DNA of 38,031 nucleotides, taken from assembly GCA_050486505.1 (NCBI GenBank), contig JBJHDK010000018.1, positions 1 through 38,031 on the forward strand, given 5' to 3'. Both the position numbers and the translations under genes were made by a program. The notes under the pieces were generated by a model. It had not been told where the DNA came from and did not search any database. It saw only the letters and a list, made by a program, of their open reading frames with translations. This document shows positions 1 to 9,995 of the stretch, piece by piece (within the stretch, counting starts at the first letter, position 1; every line of letters starts with the position of its first letter). The DNA is from Fibrobacteria bacterium (GTDB lineage: Bacteria > Fibrobacterota > Fibrobacteria > UBA11236).

Positions 1-46
1 AACCTGCACCGACGGCGGCAAGACACAGCCCGTACTTCAATGACAT
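1..46 (-). CDS. 5' end of a gene running off the left edge (MSLKYGLCLAAVGAG...), probable exported protein
   Basis: ATG at 46-44 on the minus strand with a GGGGGAG Shine-Dalgarno-like run at 60-54; Lys followed by hydrophobic residues resembles a signal peptide. Only 15 codons are visible. Confidence 0.5.
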   Translation of the reverse strand, partial: MSLKYGLCLAAVGAG

Positions 47-263
47 CGCCCACTCCCCCATCTCTGATGATCCCGAAAAAAGCGGGATTCCGAATTTCCG
101 GAACTTAAGGGCAAAACCGGAAACACGTGTCCCGAAATTTCAAAAAGCAGGCATGCGGAACGTCAACGGCATGTGCGCGGATCGCCTGCGCTATTTTGTG
201 CACGACAACCGGACCACCGCGGACGCAATGCTTCGGAGAGCGACGGATGAAAGGGGAAAATGA

Positions 264-337
264 TGGTTGGGATGCAAGGATTCGAACCTCGATAGGCAGA
301 ACCAGAATCTGCTGTCCTACCATTGGACGACATCCCA
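264..337 (-). tRNA. tRNA-Gln (anticodon CTG)
   Basis: Reverse complement folds as a cloverleaf: acceptor TGGGATG/CATCCCA, D-arm GTCC/GGAC, anticodon arm GCAGA-TT-CTG-GT-TCTGC, T-loop TTCGAAT, encoded CCA. Confidence 0.97.
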
Positions 338-512
338 ACGTGGAGGGAAAAGCTAACAGCGATCGAGTGCCCCGTAAAGGTGCGGGGCCCCCGAATCATT
401 TGATCCTTGCGGGAGCCGGTAGGCGCTTTCCGCCCGCGGGCACTAGTCCGTCGTTGTTTCGAGGCGTACATTTCCCCCATTCTCCGAATCCGGTGACTCG
501 CACGGAAATCCA

Positions 513-2342
513 TTGAACGCTGCCGCCACTCCAAACCCTGCCACCGAAAAGCCGACGTTCGCCGCGCGCTGGAAACTGCTGCGTCCCTACCTCGTGCGGC
601 ACCGGGTCGCGATCCTGTGGGGCTGGTCTTTCGTTGTCATTTCGACCGCACTCGACCAGGTCAGCCCGTGGATGGTCCGCGCGATCCTCGACAGCCTCGA
701 GGCGGGCGCCGGCATGGGACCTGTGTATCGCTCCCTGGGCGTCATTCTCGCGGTCACGGCCGTCTCGGCCGTCCTCCTGTTCTACCAGCGTCTGTGGGTC
801 ATCCAGGCGTCGCGTGCCATGGAATACGAGCTGCGCCGGGATCTGTTCTCGGCGCTGATGGCCCAGCCGAAGGCGTTCTTCGACCGGCAGAACGTCGGCG
901 ACCTCATGTCGCGCATGACCAACGACCTCGATCGCATCCGCGACATGGTCGGACCCGTCATCCTTCACCTGGCACGCATGGGTTTGCTGCTGGTGTTCAC
1001 CACCGTGAGCATCGCCTTCCTGCATCCGAAGCTGCTGCTGGCAGGCCTCCTCCCCGCCCTGGTCATGCCCGTGATGGCGAACTTCTTCCTCATTCGCATG
1101 TATGGCCATTTCGGGAAGATCCAGAAAAACCTCTCCGCGTTGAACGGCTTCGTACAAGACACCTTGACCGGGATCCAAGTGGTCAAGGGCTTCGGCCGCA
1201 GCGCACCCTTCGAGGAAAAGTTCCGCGCGGCCTCCTCCGACCTGCGCGATTCGTCCCTGCGCATCGCCCGCTTCAATGCGGCGATCTGGCCGGCCATCGG
1301 CGTACTGGCCGTCATCGGTATCGTCCTGTCGGCGTGGCTGGGTGGACGCATGGTGATCCGGGAGGAGATCTCCATCGGCACCCTGTCGGCTGCAATCCTG
1401 TTCCTGCTTCGCCTGCAGTTCCCCCTCGTCGGGCTCGGTTGGGTCGCCAGCATGATCCAGCGCGGCAACGTTTCGCTCGACCGCCTGCTGCAACTGCAGT
1501 CGGAGTTCCTTGTGCCGCGCCCCCTGGTCCCCGGGCAGCGCACGGTCGACGGAGCCCCCCCCATATCATCCCCTGCCGTTTCGGCGCCTCCGGCCTTCCG
1601 CTCGCTGCGTGCGGAACGGTTGGGGTTCAACTACGGGGGAGACAAACCCGCCTTGCGCAACGTCTCGTTCAACCTCACTCCCGGGCATTCGCTGGGGATC
1701 GTCGGGCCCACCGGATCGGGCAAGACCACCCTCATGCATTTGCTCTGCGGCCTCTATCCTCCCACCATGGGGCGATTGACGTTGAACGGCACCATGCGCG
1801 AGGACATTCCCGACTCGCAATGGCGACGCTTTTTCAGCTACGCGCCCCAGGATGGCTTCCTGTTCTCCGAGACGATCCGCGAGAACATCCTCTTCGGCGG
1901 GGAGGACAACCCGGCCATGAGCGTGGAACAGGCCGCCGAGTGGGCCGGCCTGGCACGCGACCTGCCGCAATTCGCCGCAGGATACGAGACCTTGCTGGGC
2001 GAGAAGGGCGTCAACCTGAGCGGCGGACAGCGGCAACGCACCGGCCTCGCGCGTGCCTTGCTCTCCCCCGCGCCCGTCTTGTGCCTCGACGACACCCTCT
2101 CCGCACTCGATGCCGAAACGGAAGAATTCGTGCTCGGGCAACTGCGTCAACTCTTTCGCGAGCGAAGCCTCGTCATCGCCGCGCATCGCTACTCCGCGGT
2201 GATGCACTGCGACGAAATCCTCTATCTCGAAGACGGGGAGGTGCGCGAGCGCGGTACCCACGACGAGCTGGTGCGCGCGGGAGGCGCCTACGCGGCGGTG
2301 TGGGAGAAACAGCAGCTCCGCGCAAGCCTGGAGGACGCGTAA
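513..2342 (+). CDS. ABC exporter half-transporter (TMD+NBD), subunit A of a heterodimer, MdlA/TmrAB-like
   Basis: N-terminal membrane domain, Walker A GPTGSGKT, signature LSGGQ, degenerate Walker B (LCLDD), H-loop AHR. TTG start is uncertain. Confidence 0.9.
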   Translation: MNAAATPNPATEKPTFAARWKLLRPYLVRHRVAILWGWSFVVISTALDQVSPWMVRAILDSLEAGAGMGPVYRSLGVILAVTAVSAVLLFYQRLWVIQASRAMEYELRRDLFSALMAQPKAFFDRQNVGDLMSRMTNDLDRIRDMVGPVILHLARMGLLLVFTTVSIAFLHPKLLLAGLLPALVMPVMANFFLIRMYGHFGKIQKNLSALNGFVQDTLTGIQVVKGFGRSAPFEEKFRAASSDLRDSSLRIARFNAAIWPAIGVLAVIGIVLSAWLGGRMVIREEISIGTLSAAILFLLRLQFPLVGLGWVASMIQRGNVSLDRLLQLQSEFLVPRPLVPGQRTVDGAPPISSPAVSAPPAFRSLRAERLGFNYGGDKPALRNVSFNLTPGHSLGIVGPTGSGKTTLMHLLCGLYPPTMGRLTLNGTMREDIPDSQWRRFFSYAPQDGFLFSETIRENILFGGEDNPAMSVEQAAEWAGLARDLPQFAAGYETLLGEKGVNLSGGQRQRTGLARALLSPAPVLCLDDTLSALDAETEEFVLGQLRQLFRERSLVIAAHRYSAVMHCDEILYLEDGEVRERGTHDELVRAGGAYAAVWEKQQLRASLEDA

Positions 2343-4120
2343 TGGCTGATCCCTACCTGCACAGCGACAAGGCCGCCTCCTTCCTGGATCGTCGCTTGTG
2401 GATGCGCCTGTTCGGACTCGCGCGCGACAAGAAAGTCCTGGCCTTCACCGCGTTGGGGCTGCTGCTTGTCGCGGAGCTGATGCCGCTGATCCAGCCGCGC
2501 ATCCTGCGCGCGATGATCGACGGTCCCATCGCGGCCCGCGACCTCGACGGCATCTTCCCCTACCTCGTCGGATTCGTCGCGGTGGCACTGGGTGCCGGCG
2601 CGCTCGAATACCTGCGCGCGCTTGCCACGCAAAGGCTCGGCCTCGACATCATCCACGCCCTGCGCGTACGCCTGTTCGCGAAGGTCGGCAAGTTCCACAT
2701 GGACTTTTTCAACCGCACGCCCGTCGGGCGGTTGATGACGCGCCTGGGAAACGACGTCGACAGCCTGAACACCATGTTCACCGAAGGGCTGATCGAACTG
2801 GTGGGAGCCATCCTGCTCCTCTTTTATGCGACCATTTTCATGTTCGTCCTCGACTGGAAGCTCGCGCTGGCCTCGCTGCTGGTTCTCCCTCCCATGGTCT
2901 GGGCAACATCGGTGTTCCGGCGGAAGGTACGCGCCGCGAACGTGCAAATCCGCAAACTTCTGGCGGAGATGAACGCGCGGATGCAGGAGAGTTTGGCGGG
3001 GGTGCACATCGTGCGCATCTTCGGAGGGGAACGCTCCGCGGAACAGCGTCTCGACACCTCGAACCGGGAGACCCGCGATGCCTGGTTCCGGAACGTGCGG
3101 CATTACGCCTACTACTTCCCCACCCTGAACGGACTCACCGACATCTCCCTCGCCCTGCTCTACTTCGCCGGTGCCTGGTTCTTCTATCAGGACCAGACAA
3201 CCTTGGGGACCTTGGTCGCCTTCACGTGGTACACCGGAATGTTCTTCAGGCCCTTGCGCGAAATCTCCGACAAGATCACCGCATTGCAATCGGCCCTCGC
3301 CGCAGGGGAGCGCGTCTTCACCTTGTACGACACGGAAGCCAGTCTCCCGGAAGGGCCACGTGACACGGTTCCGTCTCCGTTCTCCATGCGCTTCGAGAAC
3401 GTGTCCTTCGCCTACCCCGGCGGCCCCGAAGTCTTGCGCAACGTCTCTTTCGAGGTCAGCGAGGGAGAATCCATCGCCGTGGTGGGCGCGACGGGGAGCG
3501 GCAAAAGCACCTTGATGGCGCTGTGCTCGAAGTTCTACCTGCCGGTTTCCGGCAACGTGCTCGTGGGCGGCCATCCCATCGAGGAGTATTCCCAGGATGC
3601 GCTCTGCTCGAACATGGCCCTGATCCCGCAGGATGTCCACTTGTTTTCCGAGTCGGTGGCCTTCAACGTGGCCTTGTCCGCCGACTTCGATCTCGCCCGG
3701 GTCGAAGAGGTGTGCCGCCAGGTGCGCGCCCACACCTTCATCGAAACCATGCCGGGCGGATACCTCGCAGTCCTTCGCCAACGCGGCGAGAACCTCTCCA
3801 CGGGGCAGCGCCAGTTGCTGGCCCTGGCACGCGCGCTCTACCAGAAACCCAAACTCCTGCTGCTCGATGAGGCCACCGCGTCGGTCGATACCGCAACGGA
3901 AGGGCTGGTGCAAGAGGCCCTGGACCGGGTGCTGAAGGATGTGACCTCGATCGTGGTGGCCCACCGGCTCTCCACCATCCGCAACGCCGACCGGATCCTG
4001 GTGATGCACAAAGGAGAGATTCGCGAGGAAGGGGATCACGCCACCTTGCTTGCCAAGGGCGGGCTCTATGCCAAGCTCTACCAGCTTCAGAATTTCGGCG
4101 ACAACGGGTCCCGAACGTGA
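2342..4120 (+). CDS. ABC exporter half-transporter, subunit B, MdlB-like
   Basis: Real start is ATG 2342 (MADPYLHSDK), coupled to the upstream stop via TAATG. Walker A GATGSGKS, signature LSTGQ, Walker B LLLDE, AHRLSTI. Confidence 0.92.
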   Translation: MADPYLHSDKAASFLDRRLWMRLFGLARDKKVLAFTALGLLLVAELMPLIQPRILRAMIDGPIAARDLDGIFPYLVGFVAVALGAGALEYLRALATQRLGLDIIHALRVRLFAKVGKFHMDFFNRTPVGRLMTRLGNDVDSLNTMFTEGLIELVGAILLLFYATIFMFVLDWKLALASLLVLPPMVWATSVFRRKVRAANVQIRKLLAEMNARMQESLAGVHIVRIFGGERSAEQRLDTSNRETRDAWFRNVRHYAYYFPTLNGLTDISLALLYFAGAWFFYQDQTTLGTLVAFTWYTGMFFRPLREISDKITALQSALAAGERVFTLYDTEASLPEGPRDTVPSPFSMRFENVSFAYPGGPEVLRNVSFEVSEGESIAVVGATGSGKSTLMALCSKFYLPVSGNVLVGGHPIEEYSQDALCSNMALIPQDVHLFSESVAFNVALSADFDLARVEEVCRQVRAHTFIETMPGGYLAVLRQRGENLSTGQRQLLALARALYQKPKLLLLDEATASVDTATEGLVQEALDRVLKDVTSIVVAHRLSTIRNADRILVMHKGEIREEGDHATLLAKGGLYAKLYQLQNFGDNGSRT

Positions 4121-4281
4121 GGGAATGCGGCGGAGAAATCCCGATGGCGCTTTCGGTTTGTGGATCGATCCGGCCGCGGATTTGAGTCATCCGGCCCCCC
4201 GGCCTCCCCGAGTCACCCCCACGCCTGACCCCCGCGCCCTGTTCATTCATCCCCGAATGGGCTATATTTCCCGCCCCGTAC

Positions 4282-4371
4282 AGAGGGATGTCCGAGTGGT
4301 TTAAGGTACATGCTTGGAAAGCATGTTGACGGTAACACGTCACGGGGGTTCGAATCCCCCTCCCTCTGCCA
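4282..4371 (+). tRNA. tRNA-Ser (anticodon GGA)
   Basis: Acceptor AGAGGGA/TCCCTCT, anticodon arm CATGC-TT-GGA-AA-GCATG, long variable arm, GGTTCGAATCC, discriminator G plus CCA; TATATT box at 4263-4268. Confidence 0.97.
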
Positions 4372-4461
4372 GAATGAACGGTTCGCACATGTCGCCGCTC
4401 CCGAAATCCGACCAGGTTTCGGGGTTCCACCAGCCGACGAAGCGGACAGCAAGGAGCGGAA

Positions 4462-4710
4462 ATGTCCAAGGATCAGCATCTCTCCGTCGAGGACTGCTAC
4501 GAGCGCGGCTCGTCCCCCTTCCGCAGCGTGATCATGGCTGCCCAGGAAGCGCGTTTCATCAACGAGCAGGCCAACCTCGGCTTCATCAAGCTTGCCGAGA
4601 AGCCGACCACGATCGCCATCCACAAGTTCAAGAACGGACGCCTGGCCATCGTGCAGGACGAGGAACAGGACGCTTCCGGCGACTCGCTCGAAGCCTCCCG
4701 CGCAGAGTAA
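4462..4710 (+). CDS. rpoZ: RNA polymerase omega subunit
   Basis: 82 aa; S-P-F-x2-V-x2-A-A-x2-AR and KPTTIA motifs typical of omega; AAGGAG SD; directly upstream of coaBC, a conserved synteny. Confidence 0.82.
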   Translation: MSKDQHLSVEDCYERGSSPFRSVIMAAQEARFINEQANLGFIKLAEKPTTIAIHKFKNGRLAIVQDEEQDASGDSLEASRAE

Positions 4711-4779
4711 GCCATCTCCTCCGCTCCCGGGCCACGGCCGCGGGAGCTTTTGAAGCGCACGGGGAAGAAGAAGGGTCGC

Positions 4780-6003
4780 ATGCTCAAGAACAAGAAAATC
4801 TTGGTCGGCGTCACCGGCAGCATCGCGGCCTACAAGGCCTGCGACCTCGTGCAACGGCTCAAAGAACAAGGCGCTTCCGTGCGGGTTCTCATGACCGCAA
4901 GCGCCACCCGCATCATCCATCCCAACGCACTGGCCGCGCTGAGCGGCGCTCCCGTCATCACCGATGCGTGGGACAACGTCGCGCAAGGCAAAATTCCCCA
5001 TATCGAGGCCGCACGCTGGGCCGACCTCTTCGTGGTCGCTCCCTGCACGGCGCACACCCTGGCCGAACTTTCCCTCGGCCTCACGGGATCCCCGGTCTCC
5101 ATGACGGCCCTGGCCTGCGCGGCCCCACTCGCGGTCGCGCCTGCCATGAACACCGTGATGCTCGAATCCGAGCCCGTTCGGGAGCATTTGCAGCGTCTGC
5201 AGGCGCGCGGCGTCCACCTGCTCCCCACCTTGGGTGGGAATCTCGCTTGTGGAGAAGTCGGTGAAGGAAAACTTACAACACCTGAAGAAATCGCGTCTTA
5301 TGCCGATTTGATCCTGGAATTCGGTGGTCCCGCTCCGTCGCTCCGGGGCAAACGCGTCGTCATCGCGGGCGGGCACACCGAAGAGCCTCTCGATGCCGTG
5401 CGCTTCCTGTCGAACCGCAGCAGCGGCAAGACCGCGCTGGCCATTGCCCGGGCTTTCCGCCTCTCCGGTGCCGACGTGCAGTTGGTGCTGGGCCGCGCCG
5501 ACGAAGAACTCCCCAACGGCATCTCCGTGACGCAGGTCCGCAGCAGTGCCGACTTCCGCGACGCCATGCTTGCGTTGCGCGACGGGGCCGATGCCGTGGT
5601 CATGGCCGCAGCCATCGCCGACTTCCGGCCCGTGGAGCCGGGCACAGGCAAGTGGAAAGCCTCCCGCGACCGCTCCTCGCTGGCACTCGAGCCGGTTCCC
5701 AACATCCTCGAGGAACTGGGCCGCACAAAACCCGAAGGGCAGGTGTTGGTGGGGTTCGCCCTGGAGACGGAGACTCCGCTCGGGCACGCGCTGGACAAAA
5801 TGAAGTCCAGGAATTGCGACCTCATGGTCGTCAACACTCCGCTGTCGCTCCCCGGCCACGGGTTCGGGCACGATGCCGTGGAAGCCGCCCTGCTGGATGC
5901 CCGCTCCCCGGAAGCCTCCCCTGCCCTGCGCGTGATGCGCAAGGCGGAACTCGCGGTCGGGCTTGTCCGGCGCGTGGCGGCCGTTTCGGGAGCCGGTACG
6001 TGA
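4780..6003 (+). CDS. coaBC: Bifunctional phosphopantothenoylcysteine decarboxylase / phosphopantothenate-cysteine ligase
   Basis: GVTGSIAAYKA, APAMN, LACGEVGEGK, E-x-LDAVRFLSNRSSGK, AAIADF and LVGFALET motifs. Confidence 0.96.
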   Translation: MLKNKKILVGVTGSIAAYKACDLVQRLKEQGASVRVLMTASATRIIHPNALAALSGAPVITDAWDNVAQGKIPHIEAARWADLFVVAPCTAHTLAELSLGLTGSPVSMTALACAAPLAVAPAMNTVMLESEPVREHLQRLQARGVHLLPTLGGNLACGEVGEGKLTTPEEIASYADLILEFGGPAPSLRGKRVVIAGGHTEEPLDAVRFLSNRSSGKTALAIARAFRLSGADVQLVLGRADEELPNGISVTQVRSSADFRDAMLALRDGADAVVMAAAIADFRPVEPGTGKWKASRDRSSLALEPVPNILEELGRTKPEGQVLVGFALETETPLGHALDKMKSRNCDLMVVNTPLSLPGHGFGHDAVEAALLDARSPEASPALRVMRKAELAVGLVRRVAAVSGAGT

Positions 6004-6872
6004 CGCACGGGTCGAGCCCGCGCGACGCCTGGCTCGCCTGGCAGGCAGAGATCGGAACGGAGGAGGTCGTTCTCGCCAAGCCCTGGAAGCGCCCGGCCAA
6101 GGCTCCGGCAGATCCTTCTCTGGATGCGAATGTCGCGGATGCCATGGACAGTCGGACCCCGACTCACGCTTTACCGACAGGCATCTCACCGGAACGGGCG
6201 ACGCGCGCCACTGGCGGGGATTTTTTCCGGAGCATCGCCGAACAGCTCGCCGCGCCCGGGGCACCGGCACCGAGGAAGGCTGCGCCTTCGAAGGCGTCCC
6301 CCCACCCCCCCTCCCCTCCCGAGATCCCCGATTTCAAGAACCTCGACGGCTACCGCGCATGGCTTGACGGGACATGGCCGCAATGGTTTCCCGGCACGAA
6401 GGAGCCTCCAGTGCACTCCGTGGGACATCTTTCGCCGGCGCTCGCCTTGGTCGAGCTTCACCCCGTGGACGGAGTCTTGTTCGGGGGCGACTCGGGTGTA
6501 TTATTGGACAGGATGATAAAGGCCATCGGACTCGATCGCGACTCCCTGTACCTGACCGCACTGATGAAAACCGCCCCGGCGGGATCATCGTGGGCGCGCA
6601 GGGACACCGCGCGCATGCTTCCCGCCCTGCTGCGCGAACTGCGGCTGGCCGGCTGCGAGTTCGTCCTGTTGCTCGGTGAAGCCTGCGCCCAAGCGGTTCT
6701 GCGGACCGGGCGCGGCATCCCCGCGCTGGCGGAGCAGGCCGCCGTGCAGGACGGGGTGACCTTCGCCGCAACCTGGCATCCCGCGGACCTGCTCCGCGAC
6801 GAATCGCTTAAAAGGCAAACCTGGGCCCAGCTGCAATGGATTCGGGCTCGCTTGCCGAAACGGGGTTCCTGA
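6000..6872 (+). CDS. Uracil-DNA glycosylase family 4-like protein, apparently degenerate
   Basis: GTGA overlap with the coaBC stop; FGGDSGVLLDRMIKAIGLDRDSLYLT, LLLGEACAQAVL, ATWHPADLLR and KRQTW segments match the family 4 UDG scaffold; sits between coaBC and dnaB. Confidence 0.75.
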   Translation: MTHGSSPRDAWLAWQAEIGTEEVVLAKPWKRPAKAPADPSLDANVADAMDSRTPTHALPTGISPERATRATGGDFFRSIAEQLAAPGAPAPRKAAPSKASPHPPSPPEIPDFKNLDGYRAWLDGTWPQWFPGTKEPPVHSVGHLSPALALVELHPVDGVLFGGDSGVLLDRMIKAIGLDRDSLYLTALMKTAPAGSSWARRDTARMLPALLRELRLAGCEFVLLLGEACAQAVLRTGRGIPALAEQAAVQDGVTFAATWHPADLLRDESLKRQTWAQLQWIRARLPKRGS

Positions 6873-6873
6873 C

Positions 6874-8241
6874 ATGAACGCGCCCAACCAGATCCGCGCC
6901 GAGGGTGTCACCATGCGCGTGCCCCCGCAGGCAATCGAGGTCGAGAAACACGTCCTCGGCGCGATGCTGCTCGATCCCGAGGCCGTGAGCGTGGCCCTGG
7001 AGAACCTGACGGGTGAGGACTTTTACCTCGAGAAGCACCGCGTCATTTACGAGGCCATCGCCTCCCTGTTCGAGAAGAACGCGCCAACCGACGTGCTGAC
7101 GCTGGCCGAGGCCTTGCGCAAGGCCCGCAACCTCGAGAAGGCCGGGGGCGAACCCTACCTGCTCGAGATTTCCACCGAGGTCGTCTCCTCCGCGAGCATC
7201 GTCGAGCACTCACAGATCGTGAAGGAAAAGTCGATGCTGCGCCGTCTCATCGGCAGCGCGACCAAGATGCTCGAGCAGGCGTACGATCCCGCGCAGGATC
7301 CCGCCACGATCATGGACCAAGCGGAGGGCGACATCTTCGCCATCAACGCCTCGAGCATCAAGGAGGGGTTCCTCCCCATCAAGCGCATCCTGAGCGACAC
7401 GTTCAAGCTGATCGAGAGCTACTCGAAGGGCGAGGTGATCGGGGTTCCCACGGGGCTCAAGGACCTCGACGCGCTGACCTCGGGGTTCCAGAAAACGGAT
7501 CTGATCATCCTCGCGGGCCGCCCTGGCATGGGCAAGACCGCCATCGCGCTGACCATGCTGGCCAACGCGGCCATCGACCACCGTCGCACCGTGGCGTTCT
7601 TTTCTCTGGAAATGGGCCGGGAGCAGCTGGTGCAGCGCGTGCTGTGCTCCCAGGCGAAGGTGAACATGCACCTGCTCCGCACCGGCAAGCTCTCGCAACG
7701 CGATTACCCGAAGCTTTCGCTCGCGGTGGGACCAATCAGCGAGGCGAAGATCTTCATCGATGATCACCCCTCGCTGAACATTCTGGAGTTGCGCGCGAAA
7801 TGCCGTCGCCTCAAGGCCCAACACGGCCTCGATCTCGTCATGGTCGACTACCTGCAGCTGATGAACGGCGTGGGGCGCCCCGAGAATCGCCAGCAGGAAA
7901 TCTCGCAGATCTCGCGCGGCCTCAAGGCGTTGGCCAAGGAACTCGAGATCCCCGTGATCGCGCTCTCGCAGCTGAGCCGCGCCGTGGAGCAGCGCGGCGG
8001 CGAAGGCGAACCCAAGCTCTCCGATCTTCGTGAATCAGGCGCGATCGAGCAGGATGCCGACATCGTGATGTTCATCTACCGCGACGAGATGTACAACAAG
8101 GAAGCGGAAAAGGGGAAGGCGAAACTCATCCTCGCCAAGCAGCGCAACGGCCCGACCGGAGACGTGCCCCTGACCTTCATCTCGGAATACGCTGCCTTCG
8201 AAAACTATTCTCCCCGCGATCCCGGCAACGTCGGGTTCTAA
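6874..8241 (+). CDS. dnaB: Replicative DNA helicase
   Basis: PPQAIEVE N-terminus, Walker A GRPGMGKT, FSLEM, DYLQL, LSQLSR, LRESGAIEQDAD, KQRNGPTG. Confidence 0.99.
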   Translation: MNAPNQIRAEGVTMRVPPQAIEVEKHVLGAMLLDPEAVSVALENLTGEDFYLEKHRVIYEAIASLFEKNAPTDVLTLAEALRKARNLEKAGGEPYLLEISTEVVSSASIVEHSQIVKEKSMLRRLIGSATKMLEQAYDPAQDPATIMDQAEGDIFAINASSIKEGFLPIKRILSDTFKLIESYSKGEVIGVPTGLKDLDALTSGFQKTDLIILAGRPGMGKTAIALTMLANAAIDHRRTVAFFSLEMGREQLVQRVLCSQAKVNMHLLRTGKLSQRDYPKLSLAVGPISEAKIFIDDHPSLNILELRAKCRRLKAQHGLDLVMVDYLQLMNGVGRPENRQQEISQISRGLKALAKELEIPVIALSQLSRAVEQRGGEGEPKLSDLRESGAIEQDADIVMFIYRDEMYNKEAEKGKAKLILAKQRNGPTGDVPLTFISEYAAFENYSPRDPGNVGF

Positions 8242-8247
8242 GGACCT

Positions 8248-9006
8248 GTGGGCGGTCTCGCGCGCATTCTGACCCTTCCCGTCGAAAGCGCGGGACGTTC
8301 GGCGCGGTTGTGGCTCGCGCTTCTGTCCCGCCTGCCCCATGCCCGCCGCGACCGGCGCCTCCTCATCGCCCAAATCGTGAGGGTCGGCCTGACTTCGCTG
8401 CCGCTGGTCATCGTCGCCTCGATCTTCATCGGCGCGGTGACCGCCGTGCAGGTGCGCTATCAGTTTCGCGGTTTCATTCCCGACACCTACCTCGGCACGG
8501 CCATCACCAAGTTCGTCATCATCGAGTCGGGCCCGGTGATGACCGCGCTCGTGCTCGCGGGCCGCGTGGGGGCATCCATCGCCGCGGAAATCGCCACCAT
8601 GAAGGAACGCGAGGAACTCGATGCCCTGACCGTGCTGGGACTCGACCCCCTGCGTACCCTGGCCCTCCCCCGGGTGCTGGCCGGATTCATCGCCGTGCCC
8701 CTGCTCGTGATCGTCGCCTGCCTCTTCGCCCTGCTGGGCGGCTGGTTCCTCGCAAGCACGAGCTTCGGCCTCACGACGGCGGCCTATGTGCATGGCGCGC
8801 GGCTGCTTTTCGAGGGCTACGATGTCGTCGTGGGCCTCACCAAGGCCTTTTGTTTCGGAGGCGTGATCGCCTTCACAGGATTCCACGCCGGCCTGCGCGC
8901 CGAACCGGGCGCGCGCGGCGCCGGACGCGCGGCCATGCGTGCGGCCGTTGCCGGCTGCGTGTGGATCCTCGTGCTCGACTTCGTGATCGTGTTCCTCATG
9001 TACTAG
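8248..9006 (+). CDS. mlaE: MlaE-family ABC permease
   Basis: ESGPVMTALVLAGRVGASIAAEIATMK...EELDAL...LDP...PR motif, several hydrophobic helices. Confidence 0.92.
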   Translation: MGGLARILTLPVESAGRSARLWLALLSRLPHARRDRRLLIAQIVRVGLTSLPLVIVASIFIGAVTAVQVRYQFRGFIPDTYLGTAITKFVIIESGPVMTALVLAGRVGASIAAEIATMKEREELDALTVLGLDPLRTLALPRVLAGFIAVPLLVIVACLFALLGGWFLASTSFGLTTAAYVHGARLLFEGYDVVVGLTKAFCFGGVIAFTGFHAGLRAEPGARGAGRAAMRAAVAGCVWILVLDFVIVFLMY

Positions 9007-9104
9007 GTGGGGCACACCGCAGGGCGCCTGTTCATGTATCCGGTGACCCACCGGAGGGAAAAGGGCGACCCACCGGGTAGCCCCTACATATCTTTGGTGT
9101 CCAT

Positions 9105-9872
9105 ATGTCCTCTTCCCCGTTGATCGAACTCCGCGGCATCGAAAAGTCCTTCGGGATCCAACACGTCCTGCGCGGCGTCGACCTCGAGGTGCGACGCGGC
9201 GAGACGTTGGTGATCCTCGGCGCGTCCGGTGGAGGCAAGTCGGTGATTCTCAAGCATTGCATCGGGCTCATCCGCCCCGACGCGGGCGAGGTGCGCGTGG
9301 ACGGGACGGTGATCGCATCGCCGCGCGCCGTCGACGCCCGCACCATCCGCAAGCGCATGGGAATGCTCTTCCAGGGTGCGGCGCTGTTCGACTCCATGGA
9401 CGCAGGCGAAAACGTCAAGTTCGCACTGCGCGAGCGCGAGCCCGGGCTTTCCGAGAGCGAATTGGCAACGCGTGCCGCCGAGACGCTTTCGCTCGTGAAC
9501 CTTGCGCCCGAAATGGCGACCAAGATGCCCGCGGAGCTTTCGGGCGGCATGAAGAAACGCCTCGGGCTCGCGCGCGCACTCGCGTTGAAGCCCGAGATCC
9601 TGCTTTACGACGAACCCACGACGGGACTCGATCCCGTGACGGCAGGCGTGATCGACGCGTTGATCCTCGACATGCAGAAAAAGCTGGGGGTCACAAGCCT
9701 GGTCGTCACCCATGATTTGGGGTCCGCGTTCAAGGTCGCGGATCGTTTGGCCCTGTTGCACGAGGGGCGCATCGTCTTCACCGGAACCCCCGAAGAGACG
9801 CGCGCCTCGACGGATCCCCGGGTGCGGGAGTTTTTGGGCAAGGAGAGCTTACAGCGAACAGCTGACAGCTGA
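9105..9872 (+). CDS. mlaF: MlaF-family ABC ATPase
   Basis: GASGGGKS, FQGAALFDS, LSGGMKKR, LYDEPTTGLDP, VTHD; adjacent to mlaE. Confidence 0.92.
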   Translation: MSSSPLIELRGIEKSFGIQHVLRGVDLEVRRGETLVILGASGGGKSVILKHCIGLIRPDAGEVRVDGTVIASPRAVDARTIRKRMGMLFQGAALFDSMDAGENVKFALREREPGLSESELATRAAETLSLVNLAPEMATKMPAELSGGMKKRLGLARALALKPEILLYDEPTTGLDPVTAGVIDALILDMQKKLGVTSLVVTHDLGSAFKVADRLALLHEGRIVFTGTPEETRASTDPRVREFLGKESLQRTADS

Positions 9873-9890
9873 CAGCTGACAGCTGACAGC
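9847..9890 (+). repeat. Heptamer tandem array (GCTGACA-like x6)
   Basis: GCTTACA GCGAACA GCTGACA GCTGACA GCTGACA GCTGACA GC; contains the mlaF stop codon. Confidence 0.95.
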
Positions 9891-9995
9891 GTAACCCCCA
9901 ATCAAATCCGGGCTGGGCAACTCTTCCTTTTTTTTCCGTCCATCACAGACCGGAACGATACGCGGGCATATCGCAGTACATCACCCGTTCTTCAC

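Noticed and set aside
617..2341. N-terminal 575 aa of the 1167-aa ORF 617..4120
   Set aside because: Off-frame overlap with ABC subunit A, Arg/Pro-rich nonsense; the real gene starts at ATG 2342, so this is neither a fusion nor a frameshift.
264..4371. tRNA-anchored genomic island or prophage
   Set aside because: No integrase, no duplicated tRNA 3' end noticed, and composition resembles the core genes.
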